A stretch of 64,000 nucleotides of DNA from Myxococcota bacterium. GTDB taxonomy: Bacteria; Myxococcota_A; UBA9160; UBA6930. The position numbers and the translations under genes were made by a program. A model generated the notes under the pieces. That model saw only the letters and a list, made by a program, of their open reading frames with translations. It had not been told where the DNA came from and made no database searches. This document shows positions 19,882 through 29,458 of the stretch, one piece after another; the stretch's first letter is position 1; every line of letters begins with the position of its first letter. The stretch is from positions 3,968,001 through 4,032,000 of the forward strand of contig OZ245002.1 of the NCBI GenBank assembly GCA_965223415.1. Reading direction: 5' to 3'.

Positions 19882-21188
19882 GCGCCCGCCTCCCCGCCGA
19901 TCTCTCGGGCGAGCTCGGCGAACCGTTCCCCCCGCGCCTCGAAGCTCGAGAACTGATCGAAGCTCGCGCAGGCCGGTGCCAGCAGCACCGCGTCGCCCGG
20001 GCGGGCCAGCTCGGCGGCCCGCGCTACGGCGGCTTCGAGGGTCCCCACCTCTTCGCTCTCCACCCCATCGCCCAGGGCTGCGGCGAGGCTGCCCGCCGCC
20101 TCGCCGATCAGGAGCGCGAGGCGTACGTGGCCGCGGGCCGCGCCGCGCAGCGCGTCGAAGGGAAGCCCTTTGTCGCGCCCGCCCGCGATCCAGAGCGTGG
20201 GGCGCTCCATGCCTTCGAGGGCGCGGGCGGCGGCGCCCGGATTGGTCGCCTTGGAGTCGTCGATCCAGGTGACGCCGCCGGCCTCGGCGACGGTCTGCAG
20301 GCGGTGGGGAAGGGGAGTGAAGTCGCCCAGGGCGCCCAAGGCCAGCACCGGATCCGCGCCCACCAGCAGGCTCGCGAGCCAGGCGGCGAGGGCGTTGCTG
20401 CGCAGCGGCTCCTGCAGAGGCTGGCCGCCGGGCAGCGGGACCCGTGAGCCTTCCTGGTGCACGAAGCAGCTGCCGTCGCAGCTGGCGCCGCGCTCCACCG
20501 GTGCGGACCCGTCGAACCAGTCGACCGGGGCCTTGAGCGTCGCCGCCAGCTCCCGCAGATGCAGATCGGCCTGGTTCAGCACCGCGTGATCGCTCTCGTC
20601 CTGACGGGCGAAGAGCCGTGCCTTCGCCGCCAGGTAACCCTCGACGCTGCCGTGGCGGTCCAGGTGGTCCGGGCTCAGGTTCAGCAGCACGCCGACCTTC
20701 GGCCGGAAGGCGTCCACTGCCTCGAGCTGGAACGAGGAGACCTCGAGCACCGCCACGTCGAGGGCGCGCCCGACCAGCTCGAGGGCGGGCTCGCCCACGT
20801 TCCCGGCGGCCGCCGCACGCAAGCCGCTGGCCTGCAGCATGGCCTCGGCCAGCCGCACCGTCGTCGACTTGCCGTTGGTGCCGGTCACGGCGATGACGGG
20901 CACCGCGAGGGCGCGGTAGGCCAGCTCGATGTCGCCCCACGCCCGGCGCGCCCCCGCATAGCGTTCGCGGGGGATGCCCGGGCTCGGAACGACCAGGTCG
21001 AAGTCGCCCATGTCCGGGAACCCGCCGGTGCGGACGTCGATGCCCGGCGGCACGCCGGAGCCGTCGGCCCCGGCGCGCTCGTCGGCCACCACCACGGTGG
21101 CGCCGCGCTCGCTGCAGAAGCGGGCCGCACTCGTCCCGGTCATGCCCAGGCCGAGCACCAGCACCGTCTGTCCGGCGAGGTCGAGCAT
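19878..21188 (-). CDS. murD: UDP-N-acetylmuramoyl-L-alanine--D-glutamate ligase
   Basis: Motifs TGTNGKSTT, EVSSFQLE, DHLDRH, DDSKATN and APACASFDQF. Confidence 0.96.
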   Translation of the reverse strand: MLDLAGQTVLVLGLGMTGTSAARFCSERGATVVVADERAGADGSGVPPGIDVRTGGFPDMGDFDLVVPSPGIPRERYAGARRAWGDIELAYRALAVPVIAVTGTNGKSTTVRLAEAMLQASGLRAAAAGNVGEPALELVGRALDVAVLEVSSFQLEAVDAFRPKVGVLLNLSPDHLDRHGSVEGYLAAKARLFARQDESDHAVLNQADLHLRELAATLKAPVDWFDGSAPVERGASCDGSCFVHQEGSRVPLPGGQPLQEPLRSNALAAWLASLLVGADPVLALGALGDFTPLPHRLQTVAEAGGVTWIDDSKATNPGAAARALEGMERPTLWIAGGRDKGLPFDALRGAARGHVRLALLIGEAAGSLAAALGDGVESEEVGTLEAAVARAAELARPGDAVLLAPACASFDQFSSFEARGERFAELAREIGGEAGA

Positions 21189-22261
21189 CAGCGGAGCTTC
21201 AGTGACGAGAGCGCCACCAGCGCGAGGATGATCGAGACGATCCAGAAGCGGACGACGATCTGTTGCTCGGGCCATCCGAGCTGCTCGAAGTGGTGGTGGA
21301 TCGGCGCCATCCGGAAGACGCGCCGGCCGGTCATCTTGAAGGAGGCGACCTGGATCATCACCGAGAGGGTCTCGACGACGAAGATCCCACCGACCACGGC
21401 CAGGAGGATCTCCTGGCGGATCACGACGGCGATGGCCCCCAGGGCACCGCCCAGCGCCAGGGCGCCGACGTCGCCCATGAAGAGCTGGGCCGGGTAGGTG
21501 TTGAACCACAGGAAGCCGAGCCCGCCGCCGACGAGGGCGCCGCAGAAGATCGCGAGCTGGCCGCTCCCCGGAACGGACTTGATGGCGAGGTAGTCGGCGA
21601 TCTGGGCGTGGCCGGCGGCGTAGGCGAGGAGCAGGAAGGTGCCCGCGGCGATCATGACCGGGCCGATCGCGAGCCCGTCCAGGCCGTCGGTGAGGTTCAC
21701 GCCGTTGCTGGCGGCGACGATCACGAAAGCGGCGAGGGGCACGTAGATCCAGCCCAGGTGCGGCGTGAAGTCCTTGAAGAAGGGCACCGCGAGCTCGCCG
21801 TCGAAGGCCGGGTCCGCGTAGATCAGGAGCGCCACGCCGATCGCCAGCAGCCACTGCCAGAAGAGCTTGGCCCGCGCCGAGATGCCCGCCGAGTGGCGAT
21901 CGCGCACCTTGCGGTAGTCGTCGACGAAGCCCAGCAAGCCGTAGCCCAGGGTGAGACCGAGCACGATCCAGATCGCGCGGTTGGTGAGATCCGCCCACAG
22001 CAGGACCGAGACCGCGAGGGAGAGGAGGATCAGGAGCCCGCCCATCGTGGGCGTGCCCTCCTTCTCCTGGTGGTCGGGGCCGATCTCGCGGATCGGCTGA
22101 CCGACTCGCAGCCGGCCCAGCGCTCGGATGATCGGCGGGCCGAGCAGGAAGCAAAGGAAGAGGGCGGTGAGCGTCGCGCCGGCGGTGCGGAAGGTGATGT
22201 AGCGGAAGACGTTGAAGGCGGAGACCTGGTCCGCGAAGGGAACGAGCAGGTGGAACAGCAT
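21188..22261 (-). CDS. mraY: Phospho-N-acetylmuramoyl-pentapeptide transferase
   Basis: Motifs GTPTMGG, NLTDGLDGLA, FMGDVG and MAPIHHHFE. Confidence 0.98.
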   Translation of the reverse strand: MLFHLLVPFADQVSAFNVFRYITFRTAGATLTALFLCFLLGPPIIRALGRLRVGQPIREIGPDHQEKEGTPTMGGLLILLSLAVSVLLWADLTNRAIWIVLGLTLGYGLLGFVDDYRKVRDRHSAGISARAKLFWQWLLAIGVALLIYADPAFDGELAVPFFKDFTPHLGWIYVPLAAFVIVAASNGVNLTDGLDGLAIGPVMIAAGTFLLLAYAAGHAQIADYLAIKSVPGSGQLAIFCGALVGGGLGFLWFNTYPAQLFMGDVGALALGGALGAIAVVIRQEILLAVVGGIFVVETLSVMIQVASFKMTGRRVFRMAPIHHHFEQLGWPEQQIVVRFWIVSIILALVALSSLKLR

Positions 22262-23650
22262 TCAGGCCCTTTCCTTCGCGTCCGAGAGGCGCGCCACCAC
22301 CTCTTCCATGCCCATCGCCCGGGAGCCCTTGACCAGCACCCAGTCGCCCCGGCGCAGCCGTCCGCGCAAGGAGGCGGCGAGCTCTTCGTGGCTCTTGCCG
22401 ACGAGCGACTCGAGCCCCGCCTCGGCGGCGCCGGCCGCGAGCGCCTCCGCGTGGTCGCCGAAGGCCAGGAGCGCCGTGACACCCAGCTCGCCCGCCAGCC
22501 TGCCGACCCGTCGGTGGGCCTCGGCGGCGGTCGCTCCCAGCTCGCCCATGCTGCCGAGCACCGCGAAGGCCCGCCCGCCGTGAGCGCGGCGGGTAAGGCT
22601 GCGCACGGCGGCCTCCATCGACTGGGGATTCGCGTTGTAGGTGTCGTCGATCAGGGTCACGCCGCCGGTCAGGGCGACGCGGGCCATCCGCCCGGCGACG
22701 CCGGCGTAGGCGGCCAGGCCCGCGACGACGTCGTCCGGCGTCGCGCCGGCGGCGCCCGCGGCGGCGGCGGCGGCCAGGGCGTTGATCACGGTGGGCTCGC
22801 CCAGCCCGGCGACTTGCACGGCCCGGCGCTCGGCGTTCCCGACGAGATCGAAGGCGTAGCCCTCGTCGCCGGCGACGACGTTCTCGGCCCGGACGTCCGC
22901 ATCCACGCCCAGCCCGAAGGTCACCACCCGGGCGGCGGTGCGCTCGGCCTGGCGCAGCACGCGCGGGTCGTCGGCGTTCAGCACGGCCACCGCGTCCGCG
23001 GCCAGCGCCGCGACCAGGTCGCCCTTCTCGAGGGCGATCTCTTCCTGGCTGCCCAGGTGCTCGATGTGGGCCGTGCCGACGTTGGTGACCACGCCGATCG
23101 TCGGTCGGGCGATCGCGGCGAGCGGCGCGATCTCGCCGCGGTGGTTCATGCCGAGCTCGACCACCAAGGCCTCGTGCTCCGGCTCCCGTTCGAGAAGCGT
23201 GAGCGGCAGGCCGTAGGCGTTGTTCAGGTTGCCGCGGTTCTTGAGGCACGGGCCGCGCTCGGCGAGGATCGCCGCGCACATCTCCTTCGTGGTCGTCTTG
23301 CCGTTGCTGCCGGTGATCGCGACCACCGGCCCGGCGAAGCCGCGCCGGTGGCCCGCCGCCAGGGCGCCGAGGCCTGCCGTGGTGTCGGGCACCGCGACGA
23401 CCGGGACGCCCGCTCCGGAGGGCACGGCGGCGGCGCGCTCCACGAGCAGCGCGGCGGCACCGGCCGCGAGCGCGGCCTCGAGATGATCGTGGGCGTCGTG
23501 CCGAGGACCGCGTATCGCCACGAACAGCGCGCCCGGAGCGAGCGTGCGGGTGTCCGTCGACACGGCGCGGAGCTGTAGCTGCGGGTCCCCGGAGACGAGC
23601 TGGCCGCCGGTCCAGGCCAGCGCGTCGCCCACCGCGAAGGGAGCGCTCAC
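22262..23650 (-). CDS. murF: UDP-MurNAc-tripeptide--D-Ala-D-Ala ligase
   Basis: Motifs ITGSNGKTTTKE, ELGMNHRGEI, DDTYNANP and LVKGSR. Confidence 0.96.
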   Translation of the reverse strand: MSAPFAVGDALAWTGGQLVSGDPQLQLRAVSTDTRTLAPGALFVAIRGPRHDAHDHLEAALAAGAAALLVERAAAVPSGAGVPVVAVPDTTAGLGALAAGHRRGFAGPVVAITGSNGKTTTKEMCAAILAERGPCLKNRGNLNNAYGLPLTLLEREPEHEALVVELGMNHRGEIAPLAAIARPTIGVVTNVGTAHIEHLGSQEEIALEKGDLVAALAADAVAVLNADDPRVLRQAERTAARVVTFGLGVDADVRAENVVAGDEGYAFDLVGNAERRAVQVAGLGEPTVINALAAAAAAGAAGATPDDVVAGLAAYAGVAGRMARVALTGGVTLIDDTYNANPQSMEAAVRSLTRRAHGGRAFAVLGSMGELGATAAEAHRRVGRLAGELGVTALLAFGDHAEALAAGAAEAGLESLVGKSHEELAASLRGRLRRGDWVLVKGSRAMGMEEVVARLSDAKERA

Positions 23651-25170
23651 GAGGCCCTCCGCGCCAGGGCCCGCGCCGCCTCTTCGCGGTCGTCGAAGGG
23701 CAGCATCTCGGTGCCGATGATCTGGTAGTCCTCGTGGCCCTTGCCGGCGAGCACCACCGTGTCCTCCGGGCGCGCCAACGCGATGGCGCAGCCGATCGCG
23801 TCGCGACGGTCCACGAGCATCGCGTAGCCCTTGTCGGTGGCGTCGAGCTTGGCCGCCTCGCAGCGCTCGAGGCCACCGAGCCCCGCTTCGACGTCGCGCA
23901 GGATCGCCTCCGGGTCCTCGGTGCGCGGGTTGTCGCTGGTCGCGACGGCCCGGTCGCTGAAGCGCGCGACGGCCTCGGCCATGAGCGGTCGCTTGGCCCG
24001 GTCGCGGTCGCCGCCGCAGCCGAACACCGTGACGAGCCGTCCCGGGGTGAGGGGCTTCAGCGTGCGCAGCAGCTTGTCGACGGCGTCCGGGGTGTGGGCG
24101 TAGTCGACGAAGACCGTCGGCGCGCCCTCGCCGCCGCGGACGCGCTCGACGCGCCCGGGAACCTGGCGGCAGCGGGCGATCCCGCGCGCGATGGTCTCCG
24201 AGGGAATGCCGTAGGCCGTGGCGACGCCCGCCGCGACGACCAGGTTCTCCAGGTTGAAATCGCCGACCAGCGGGAGCTCGACGTCGACGGGGCCGCCCGG
24301 GAGCGCGAGGCGAGCGCGGGTGCCGTCCACGCGCACGTCGGCCGCGAGCACCCGCAGCTCCGCCTCCGCGTCCGGGCGCCGGGACACGCGCAGGATCTGG
24401 GCACCCACCTCCGCCGAGGCTTGGAGGAAGCGGGCCGCGGAGGGATCGTCCACGTTCACGACCGCCCAGCCCCCCGGCGCCAGGTGCTCCCGGAAGAGGC
24501 TCGCCTTCGCTTCCGTGTAGGCATCCATGCTCTCGTGGAAGTCGAGGTGGTCCTGGGTGACGTTGGTGAGCGCACACACGCGGAAGCGGCAGCCCGCCAC
24601 CCGCCGGAGCGCGAGGCCGTGGGACGACACCTCCATGGCCACGGCCCGCACGCCGCGGGTCGCCATGGCGCGGAGTGTGCGCTGCAGGTCGAGGCTCTCG
24701 GGCGTGGTGTTCACGGCCCGCTCGCGCTCGTCCGCGTAGCGCACCTCGACGGTTCCGATCAGTCCGGTCGGGACGCCGGCCTCCTGCAGGATCGCCTCGA
24801 GCAGGAAGGTGGTGCTGGTCTTGCCGTTCGTGCCGGTGACGCCAAGGAGCGCGAGCTCGCGGGCGGGCTCGCCGAAGAAGTGCGCGGCGATCGGGGCCAG
24901 GGCGAGGCGGCTGTCCGGCACCACCGCCCAGGGCAGTTCCTGCGCGGCCGGGACCGGCTCCTCCACCAGCACCGCCACGGCCCCCAGATCGCGGGCCTGC
25001 TCCAGGTAGCGATGGCCGTCGGCGCGCTCTCCCTTGAGCGCCACGAACAGGTCGCCGGCGGCGACGGCCCGCGAGTCGTAGTGGATGCCGCGCACGACCG
25101 GGTCGTCCCCCTCGACCCGCGACGCGGCGAGCTCGGGCGGCAGGGCGGCGAGGAGCTCGTGGAACCGCAC
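23647..25170 (-). CDS. murE: UDP-MurNAc-dipeptide--meso-DAP ligase
   Basis: Motifs VTGTNGKT, TTPES, EVSSH, DYAHTPD, DNPR (DAP-type) and AGKGHE. Confidence 0.97.
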   Translation of the reverse strand: MRFHELLAALPPELAASRVEGDDPVVRGIHYDSRAVAAGDLFVALKGERADGHRYLEQARDLGAVAVLVEEPVPAAQELPWAVVPDSRLALAPIAAHFFGEPARELALLGVTGTNGKTSTTFLLEAILQEAGVPTGLIGTVEVRYADERERAVNTTPESLDLQRTLRAMATRGVRAVAMEVSSHGLALRRVAGCRFRVCALTNVTQDHLDFHESMDAYTEAKASLFREHLAPGGWAVVNVDDPSAARFLQASAEVGAQILRVSRRPDAEAELRVLAADVRVDGTRARLALPGGPVDVELPLVGDFNLENLVVAAGVATAYGIPSETIARGIARCRQVPGRVERVRGGEGAPTVFVDYAHTPDAVDKLLRTLKPLTPGRLVTVFGCGGDRDRAKRPLMAEAVARFSDRAVATSDNPRTEDPEAILRDVEAGLGGLERCEAAKLDATDKGYAMLVDRRDAIGCAIALARPEDTVVLAGKGHEDYQIIGTEMLPFDDREEAARALARRAS

Positions 25171-27230
25171 TAGATGTCGCCCTCGAAGCGAACGCGCACC
25201 GCGGCCGTGCCGGCGACGATGGTTCCCGGAGCCGGGTCCTGGGCGACCGCCTGTCCGCGGCCCTCGAGCCGCACCCGCAGTGAGACGCCCGCCGTCATGT
25301 TCTGGACCTGGCCGCGGGAGAGGCCCCGGAAGTCCGGCAGCAGCACCCGATCGCCGAGCTTCGCGAGGGGAGCCGGCGGCGTGGGACGCGGCGCCGCCGT
25401 CGTCGCGGGCCCGGGCGGAGCCGGGGCGCGCTGCGCCAGGCGGGCGGCGGGCCTCTTCGGGGCCGGCGCCTTCTTCTTCGTCTTTGCGCCGGGCTCCTCC
25501 GGCAGGTCGACCCGCGCCAGGTCCGGCAGGCCGAGCGTCGGAGCGGCCACCACGCCGCGCTGCGCCAGTGCCGCCGAGGCGACCCGGGCGAACAGGGGCG
25601 CGGCCACCGAGCCGCCCCCGTGCACCTTGCCCCGCGGCTCGTCGAGCATGACGGCCATGGCGAACATCGGCTCCTTGGCCGGGGCGGCGCCGATGAACCA
25701 GGCCCGGTAGTCGTCGTGGGAGTAGCGGCCGGCGACCAGGTCGAGCTTCTGGGCCGTTCCGGTCTTGCCGACGACGGCAACGCCGTCGAGGGCCGCGCGG
25801 CGCCCGGTACCGCCCTCGGCAGCGACGACGCCCTCGAGCATCGACATCACCTCGTCCGCCACGTCGGCCCGCAGCACGCGATGGCCCTCGGCCGCCGCCA
25901 CCGGCTGCCAGCTCCCGCCGGGCCGCCGGCGCGCGGCCACCAGCCGCGGCGGGTAGCGCACGCCGCCGGAGGCGACGGTGGCCATGGCGCTCGCCATCTG
26001 CACGACGGTCGTGTTCAGCCCCTGGCCGAAGGAGACGTTGGCGTGATCGACCGGCCGCCAGCGCCGCCAGCCACGCAGCAGGCCCGCGGACTCGTCCGGG
26101 AAGCCGCTGCCGGTCGGCTGGCCGAAGCCCAGCGCGCGCAGCATGTCGTAGTGCGCACGGGCGCCGAGCTGGAAGCCGATCTTGGCGGCGCCGATGTTGC
26201 TCGACACCCGGAGGATGCCCGCCGGGTCGAGGAGGCCGTGGCCCTTCACGTCGTGGATCAGCTTGCCCGGCACCTTCCAGCGGCCCTGCTCACAGTCGAA
26301 GAGCTCGTTCCGGCGCACGGCACCGCGCTGCAGTGCGGCCGCGACGACGAAGGGCTTCAGGGTCGAGCCGGGCTCCGGCGCGTCGAGGAAGGCGCGGGAG
26401 GCGGTGCGCGGGTAGGGCGTGGAGCGGAAGGCCGTGGGGTCGAAGCCGGGGGCTTCGGCGAGGGCGAGGACGTCGCCGCTCCTCGGATCGAGCACGACGA
26501 CGAAGCCCGCCCGGGAGCCGGTCTGCCGGACGAACTCGGCGAGGGCCGTCTCGGCCTCGGCCTGGAGCGCTGCGTCGAGGGTGAGGGCGACGTCGCCGCC
26601 CACGCTCTCCCGGAGGTCGACGCCGGCCTGGGGCAGGAGCCGCTGGCGCGCATCCCGCTCGACGACGACGGTCTGGCCGCGACCCGCGACCCAGCCATCC
26701 TCCATCTGCTCGATTCCGCGGGCGCCGCGGCCGTCGATGTTGGCGAAGCCGACCAGCCGCCCGGCGAGGGCCTTGTGCGGGTAGGCCCGGCGAGGCTCGT
26801 CCACCAATCCGACGCCCGGAATCGCCAGCGCCTCGACTGCCGCCGCCTGGGAGGCGGTCAGCCAGCGGGCGACGTAGACGAAGGGCGAGCGCTTGCCGAG
26901 GCGCTCGCGGATCGCCGCCGGGCTCCGCCCCAACGCCTTCGCGAGCTGGCGCGCTGCCGCCTCCCGGTCCTCGAGCTGGGCGGGAATGGCGTAGACCGAT
27001 GGGGCCTGCACGGTGATGGCGAGCTCGGCGCCGTGGCGATCCGTCACGGCGCCGCGGGCCGGCGCGACCCGCAGCACGGTGGCGATCTGCATGTCGCCGC
27101 GAGCCACGCCCCGGTCGTCGACGACGGTGAGATGGGCGGCCCGCACCGCCAGGACGCCGAAGGCCAGCAGCAGGCCCACGCCCACGCCGAAGGTTCGTCG
27201 CCCGGAGCGGCGCAGGTCCGCGGATCTCAT
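25170..27230 (-). CDS. ftsI: Penicillin-binding protein 3 (class B) with C-terminal PASTA domain
   Basis: SxxK (GSTLK), SxN (SSN) and KTG motifs; N-terminal TM; PASTA-like LPDFRGLS...QDPAPG. Confidence 0.95.
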   Translation of the reverse strand: MRSADLRRSGRRTFGVGVGLLLAFGVLAVRAAHLTVVDDRGVARGDMQIATVLRVAPARGAVTDRHGAELAITVQAPSVYAIPAQLEDREAAARQLAKALGRSPAAIRERLGKRSPFVYVARWLTASQAAAVEALAIPGVGLVDEPRRAYPHKALAGRLVGFANIDGRGARGIEQMEDGWVAGRGQTVVVERDARQRLLPQAGVDLRESVGGDVALTLDAALQAEAETALAEFVRQTGSRAGFVVVLDPRSGDVLALAEAPGFDPTAFRSTPYPRTASRAFLDAPEPGSTLKPFVVAAALQRGAVRRNELFDCEQGRWKVPGKLIHDVKGHGLLDPAGILRVSSNIGAAKIGFQLGARAHYDMLRALGFGQPTGSGFPDESAGLLRGWRRWRPVDHANVSFGQGLNTTVVQMASAMATVASGGVRYPPRLVAARRRPGGSWQPVAAAEGHRVLRADVADEVMSMLEGVVAAEGGTGRRAALDGVAVVGKTGTAQKLDLVAGRYSHDDYRAWFIGAAPAKEPMFAMAVMLDEPRGKVHGGGSVAAPLFARVASAALAQRGVVAAPTLGLPDLARVDLPEEPGAKTKKKAPAPKRPAARLAQRAPAPPGPATTAAPRPTPPAPLAKLGDRVLLPDFRGLSRGQVQNMTAGVSLRVRLEGRGQAVAQDPAPGTIVAGTAAVRVRFEGDI

Positions 27231-27613
27231 GGACGCGTCGCCCCGGTGCCCAGGTCGATGACCTTCTCGGGCCGCACGAAGTCGCGCTCCTCGGCCAGTC
27301 CCTTGAGGCGGGTCGGGTCGCGCAGCTCCCGCAGGCGGACGGTGGCTTCGGCCTGCCGCTCCATCAGGGCGGTCTCCCGCTGGCGAGCGGCCTCCAGGTC
27401 GTAGCGGAGACGCAGGATCGAATTGCGCAGGGCGACGAGGAAGAGGGCTGCGGCCACCGCGCCCACGAACAGCGGCAGCCAGGCGATGCGGCGGCTGCGG
27501 CCGCGCCCCTGGGTGCGCTTCAGGTCGCGACCGACCAGCACGCTGCTCCGGCCCTCGCCCTCGCTCGCCCCGTCGAACAGGCGCGCGCGCTTCTGGCTCC
27601 AGGCCCGACTCAT
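27227..27613 (-). CDS. ftsL: Cell division protein FtsL
   Basis: Single TM followed by a coiled coil and LRDPTRL..LA; lies between rsmH and ftsI with ATGA coupling. Confidence 0.8.
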   Translation of the reverse strand: MSRAWSQKRARLFDGASEGEGRSSVLVGRDLKRTQGRGRSRRIAWLPLFVGAVAAALFLVALRNSILRLRYDLEAARQRETALMERQAEATVRLRELRDPTRLKGLAEERDFVRPEKVIDLGTGATRP

Positions 27614-28599
27614 GCGGCCAGCCTCTCGGCGGCCCGCAGCCGCGCCGAGCGCGCGCGCGGGTTGCGCTCGATCTCGTCCGGGCCGGGGCGCGCCGGGCGG
27701 CGGGTCAGTCGTCGCAAGGTCGGCGTCCGTCCGCAACGGCAGACCGGGTCCTTCGGCGGGCAGACGCAGCCGCGCTCGGCGTCGCGCAGGTGGTGCTTCA
27801 CCAGGCGGTCCTCCAGCGAGTGGTAGGCGATCACGCACAGGCGCCCGCCGGGTGCGAGCATGTCCACGGCGGCGGCGAGGCCTTCCTCCAGGGCTCCGAG
27901 CTCGTCGTTGACGGCGATGCGCAGGGCCTGGAAGACGAGGGTGGCGGGGTGATGGCGCCGTCCCGCGCCGACCCGGGCCTCCCGGGTCACGCGGATGAGA
28001 TCGGCGGCAGTGCGCAGCGGCGTTTCGCCTCGCGCCCGCACGATAGCCCGTGCCAGGCGTGCGGCACCCGGCACCTCGCCGTAGCGTCGGAACCAATCCC
28101 CCAACGTCTCCTCGGAGGCGCGAGCGAGGAGCTCCGCCGCCGTCTCGCCGCGGGTCGGGTCCATGCGCATGTCGAGGGGCGCCTCGTCCGCCGTGGCCTC
28201 GGCGAAGCGGAAGCCGCGCTCCGCCCGGTCGATCTGCACGGAGGACACGCCCAGGTCGAGCAGCACCCCGTCCACCCGCTCGATGCCGCGGGCCTTCAGC
28301 ACGTCGCGGAGCTCGCGGAAGGAGGCGTGGAGGAGGACCGCACGGTCGCCGAAGCCGGCCAGCCGCTCCGCGGCCGCGGCCAGGGCCTCGGGATCCCGGT
28401 CGAGCCCCACCAGCCGGCCGTCGGGGGCCGACTCGCGGAGCAGGGCCTCCGCGTGTCCTCCGAAGCCGACGGTGCCGTCCACGTAGGTCCGACCGGGCCC
28501 CGCGCCCAGGAGCGAGAGGCACTCGGCGACGAGTACCGGTTCGTGGAGAGTGTCGCGGCTCAACTCGGCCCTGGGCCCGGCATCTCGCTCGAGGCCCAC
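27610..28599 (-). CDS. rsmH: 16S rRNA m4C1402 methyltransferase
   Basis: Motifs HEPVL, DGTVGFGGHA, DLGVSS, LDMRMD, FQALRIAVN, HSLEDR and NPRARSARLR. Start codon uncertain. Confidence 0.96.
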   Translation of the reverse strand: MGLERDAGPRAELSRDTLHEPVLVAECLSLLGAGPGRTYVDGTVGFGGHAEALLRESAPDGRLVGLDRDPEALAAAAERLAGFGDRAVLLHASFRELRDVLKARGIERVDGVLLDLGVSSVQIDRAERGFRFAEATADEAPLDMRMDPTRGETAAELLARASEETLGDWFRRYGEVPGAARLARAIVRARGETPLRTAADLIRVTREARVGAGRRHHPATLVFQALRIAVNDELGALEEGLAAAVDMLAPGGRLCVIAYHSLEDRLVKHHLRDAERGCVCPPKDPVCRCGRTPTLRRLTRRPARPGPDEIERNPRARSARLRAAERLAA

Positions 28600-28605
28600 C
28601 TTGGT

Positions 28606-28880
28606 GGGGATCGCCGTGCCGCGATCCCCCGTTGCCTTGTTCGCCCGGACAGCATCCGCTGCCCGGGCCCTGCATCGAGTGGAGAGCTGGTGGTTCGGAA
28701 CCGCTCAGCTGCGGTGCGGTTCCGGGGGCCAGGGCCCCGGGAGGGAGGAGAGACTGGGGTGCTCCGGAGCGCTTTTCCGAGCCGCGGGGGCACGCCCCCC
28801 AACGATTCCCGCGCGTCTCAGGTCGGCACTCCGGAGACACCCCATCTCTGTTGCCCGGGGGCTTGCGCCGCCCGGGACCC
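28606..28880. other. Highly structured non-coding mraZ-rsmH spacer (candidate cis-regulatory RNA or ncRNA)
   Basis: Nested complementary arms 28735-41/28854-60, 28749-69/28829-49 and 28783-88/28808-13; separate hairpins at 28606-28629 and 28697-28723. Confidence 0.45.
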
Positions 28881-28896
28881 CCCCAATCACTTCCCC

Positions 28897-29343
28897 CTAC
28901 AAGCCCAGCTCCGCTGCGACGTCGGAGACCTCGTGACCCTTCTGGCGGATCGAGCCGAGCTCCTCGTCGAAGCGGGTCTTGTCCCAGATCTCGATCCGCG
29001 GGCCGACGCCCGCGATCGTGACCTCCCGATCCAGATGCGCGTGCTCGCGCATGTGGGGCGGGATGAGAATGCGCCCGGATCGATCGATCGGGGCCTCGAC
29101 GGCGCCGGAAATGATCATGCGCCGGAGGGATGCGATCTCGGGCTTCATTTGCGAAACGTTGGAGAGGCGATCCTCGATCGCCAGCCAGTCGTCGTGGGCG
29201 TAGAGGCCGATGGCCGGGCTGTCGACGAGGGTCGTCAGGAAGGGCGGGGCGTCCGTCTTGGCTTGGAGTTCGGTTCTCAGCACGGCGGGGATACTCACTC
29301 GCCCTTTTTCATCGAGGGAATGGAAGAAACGACCGCGTGCCAC
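28897..29343 (-). CDS. mraZ: Transcriptional regulator MraZ
   Basis: Motifs GRFFHSLDEKGRVSIP, IDRSGRILIP and GVGPRIEIWD (two DxxxR AbrB-like repeats). Confidence 0.96.
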   Translation of the reverse strand: MARGRFFHSLDEKGRVSIPAVLRTELQAKTDAPPFLTTLVDSPAIGLYAHDDWLAIEDRLSNVSQMKPEIASLRRMIISGAVEAPIDRSGRILIPPHMREHAHLDREVTIAGVGPRIEIWDKTRFDEELGSIRQKGHEVSDVAAELGL

Positions 29344-29360
29344 CGCTCGATACCGCCCTT

Positions 29361-29384
29361 CCACTCCATGCCACTTGATGCCAC
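29361..29384 (-). promoter_or_regulatory. MraZ-binding boxes (three GTGG repeats at 10-bp period)
   Basis: Minus strand reads GTGGCATCAA GTGGCATGGA GTGG; on the plus strand CCAC lies at 29361, 29371 and 29381, between the promoter and the mraZ start. Confidence 0.75.
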
Positions 29385-29393
29385 GACATCCCC

Positions 29394-29422
29394 CTTATAG
29401 AGACCCACCCGCAGCTTGCCAA
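29394..29422 (-). promoter_or_regulatory. Sigma-70-type promoter of the dcw cluster
   Basis: Minus-strand TTGGCA-N17-TATAAG immediately upstream of the MraZ boxes. Confidence 0.65.
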
Positions 29423-29458
29423 CCAATATCTTCGTCTTCATTGAACTTTTTGAATTCA

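Noticed and set aside
19878..24577. Apparent giant ORFs or fusions in the ORF track (1332-aa murD frame, 771-aa murF frame)
   Set aside because: The upstream extensions are off-frame read-through of neighbouring genes; the true starts are marked by ATGA/GTGA/TGATG overlaps.
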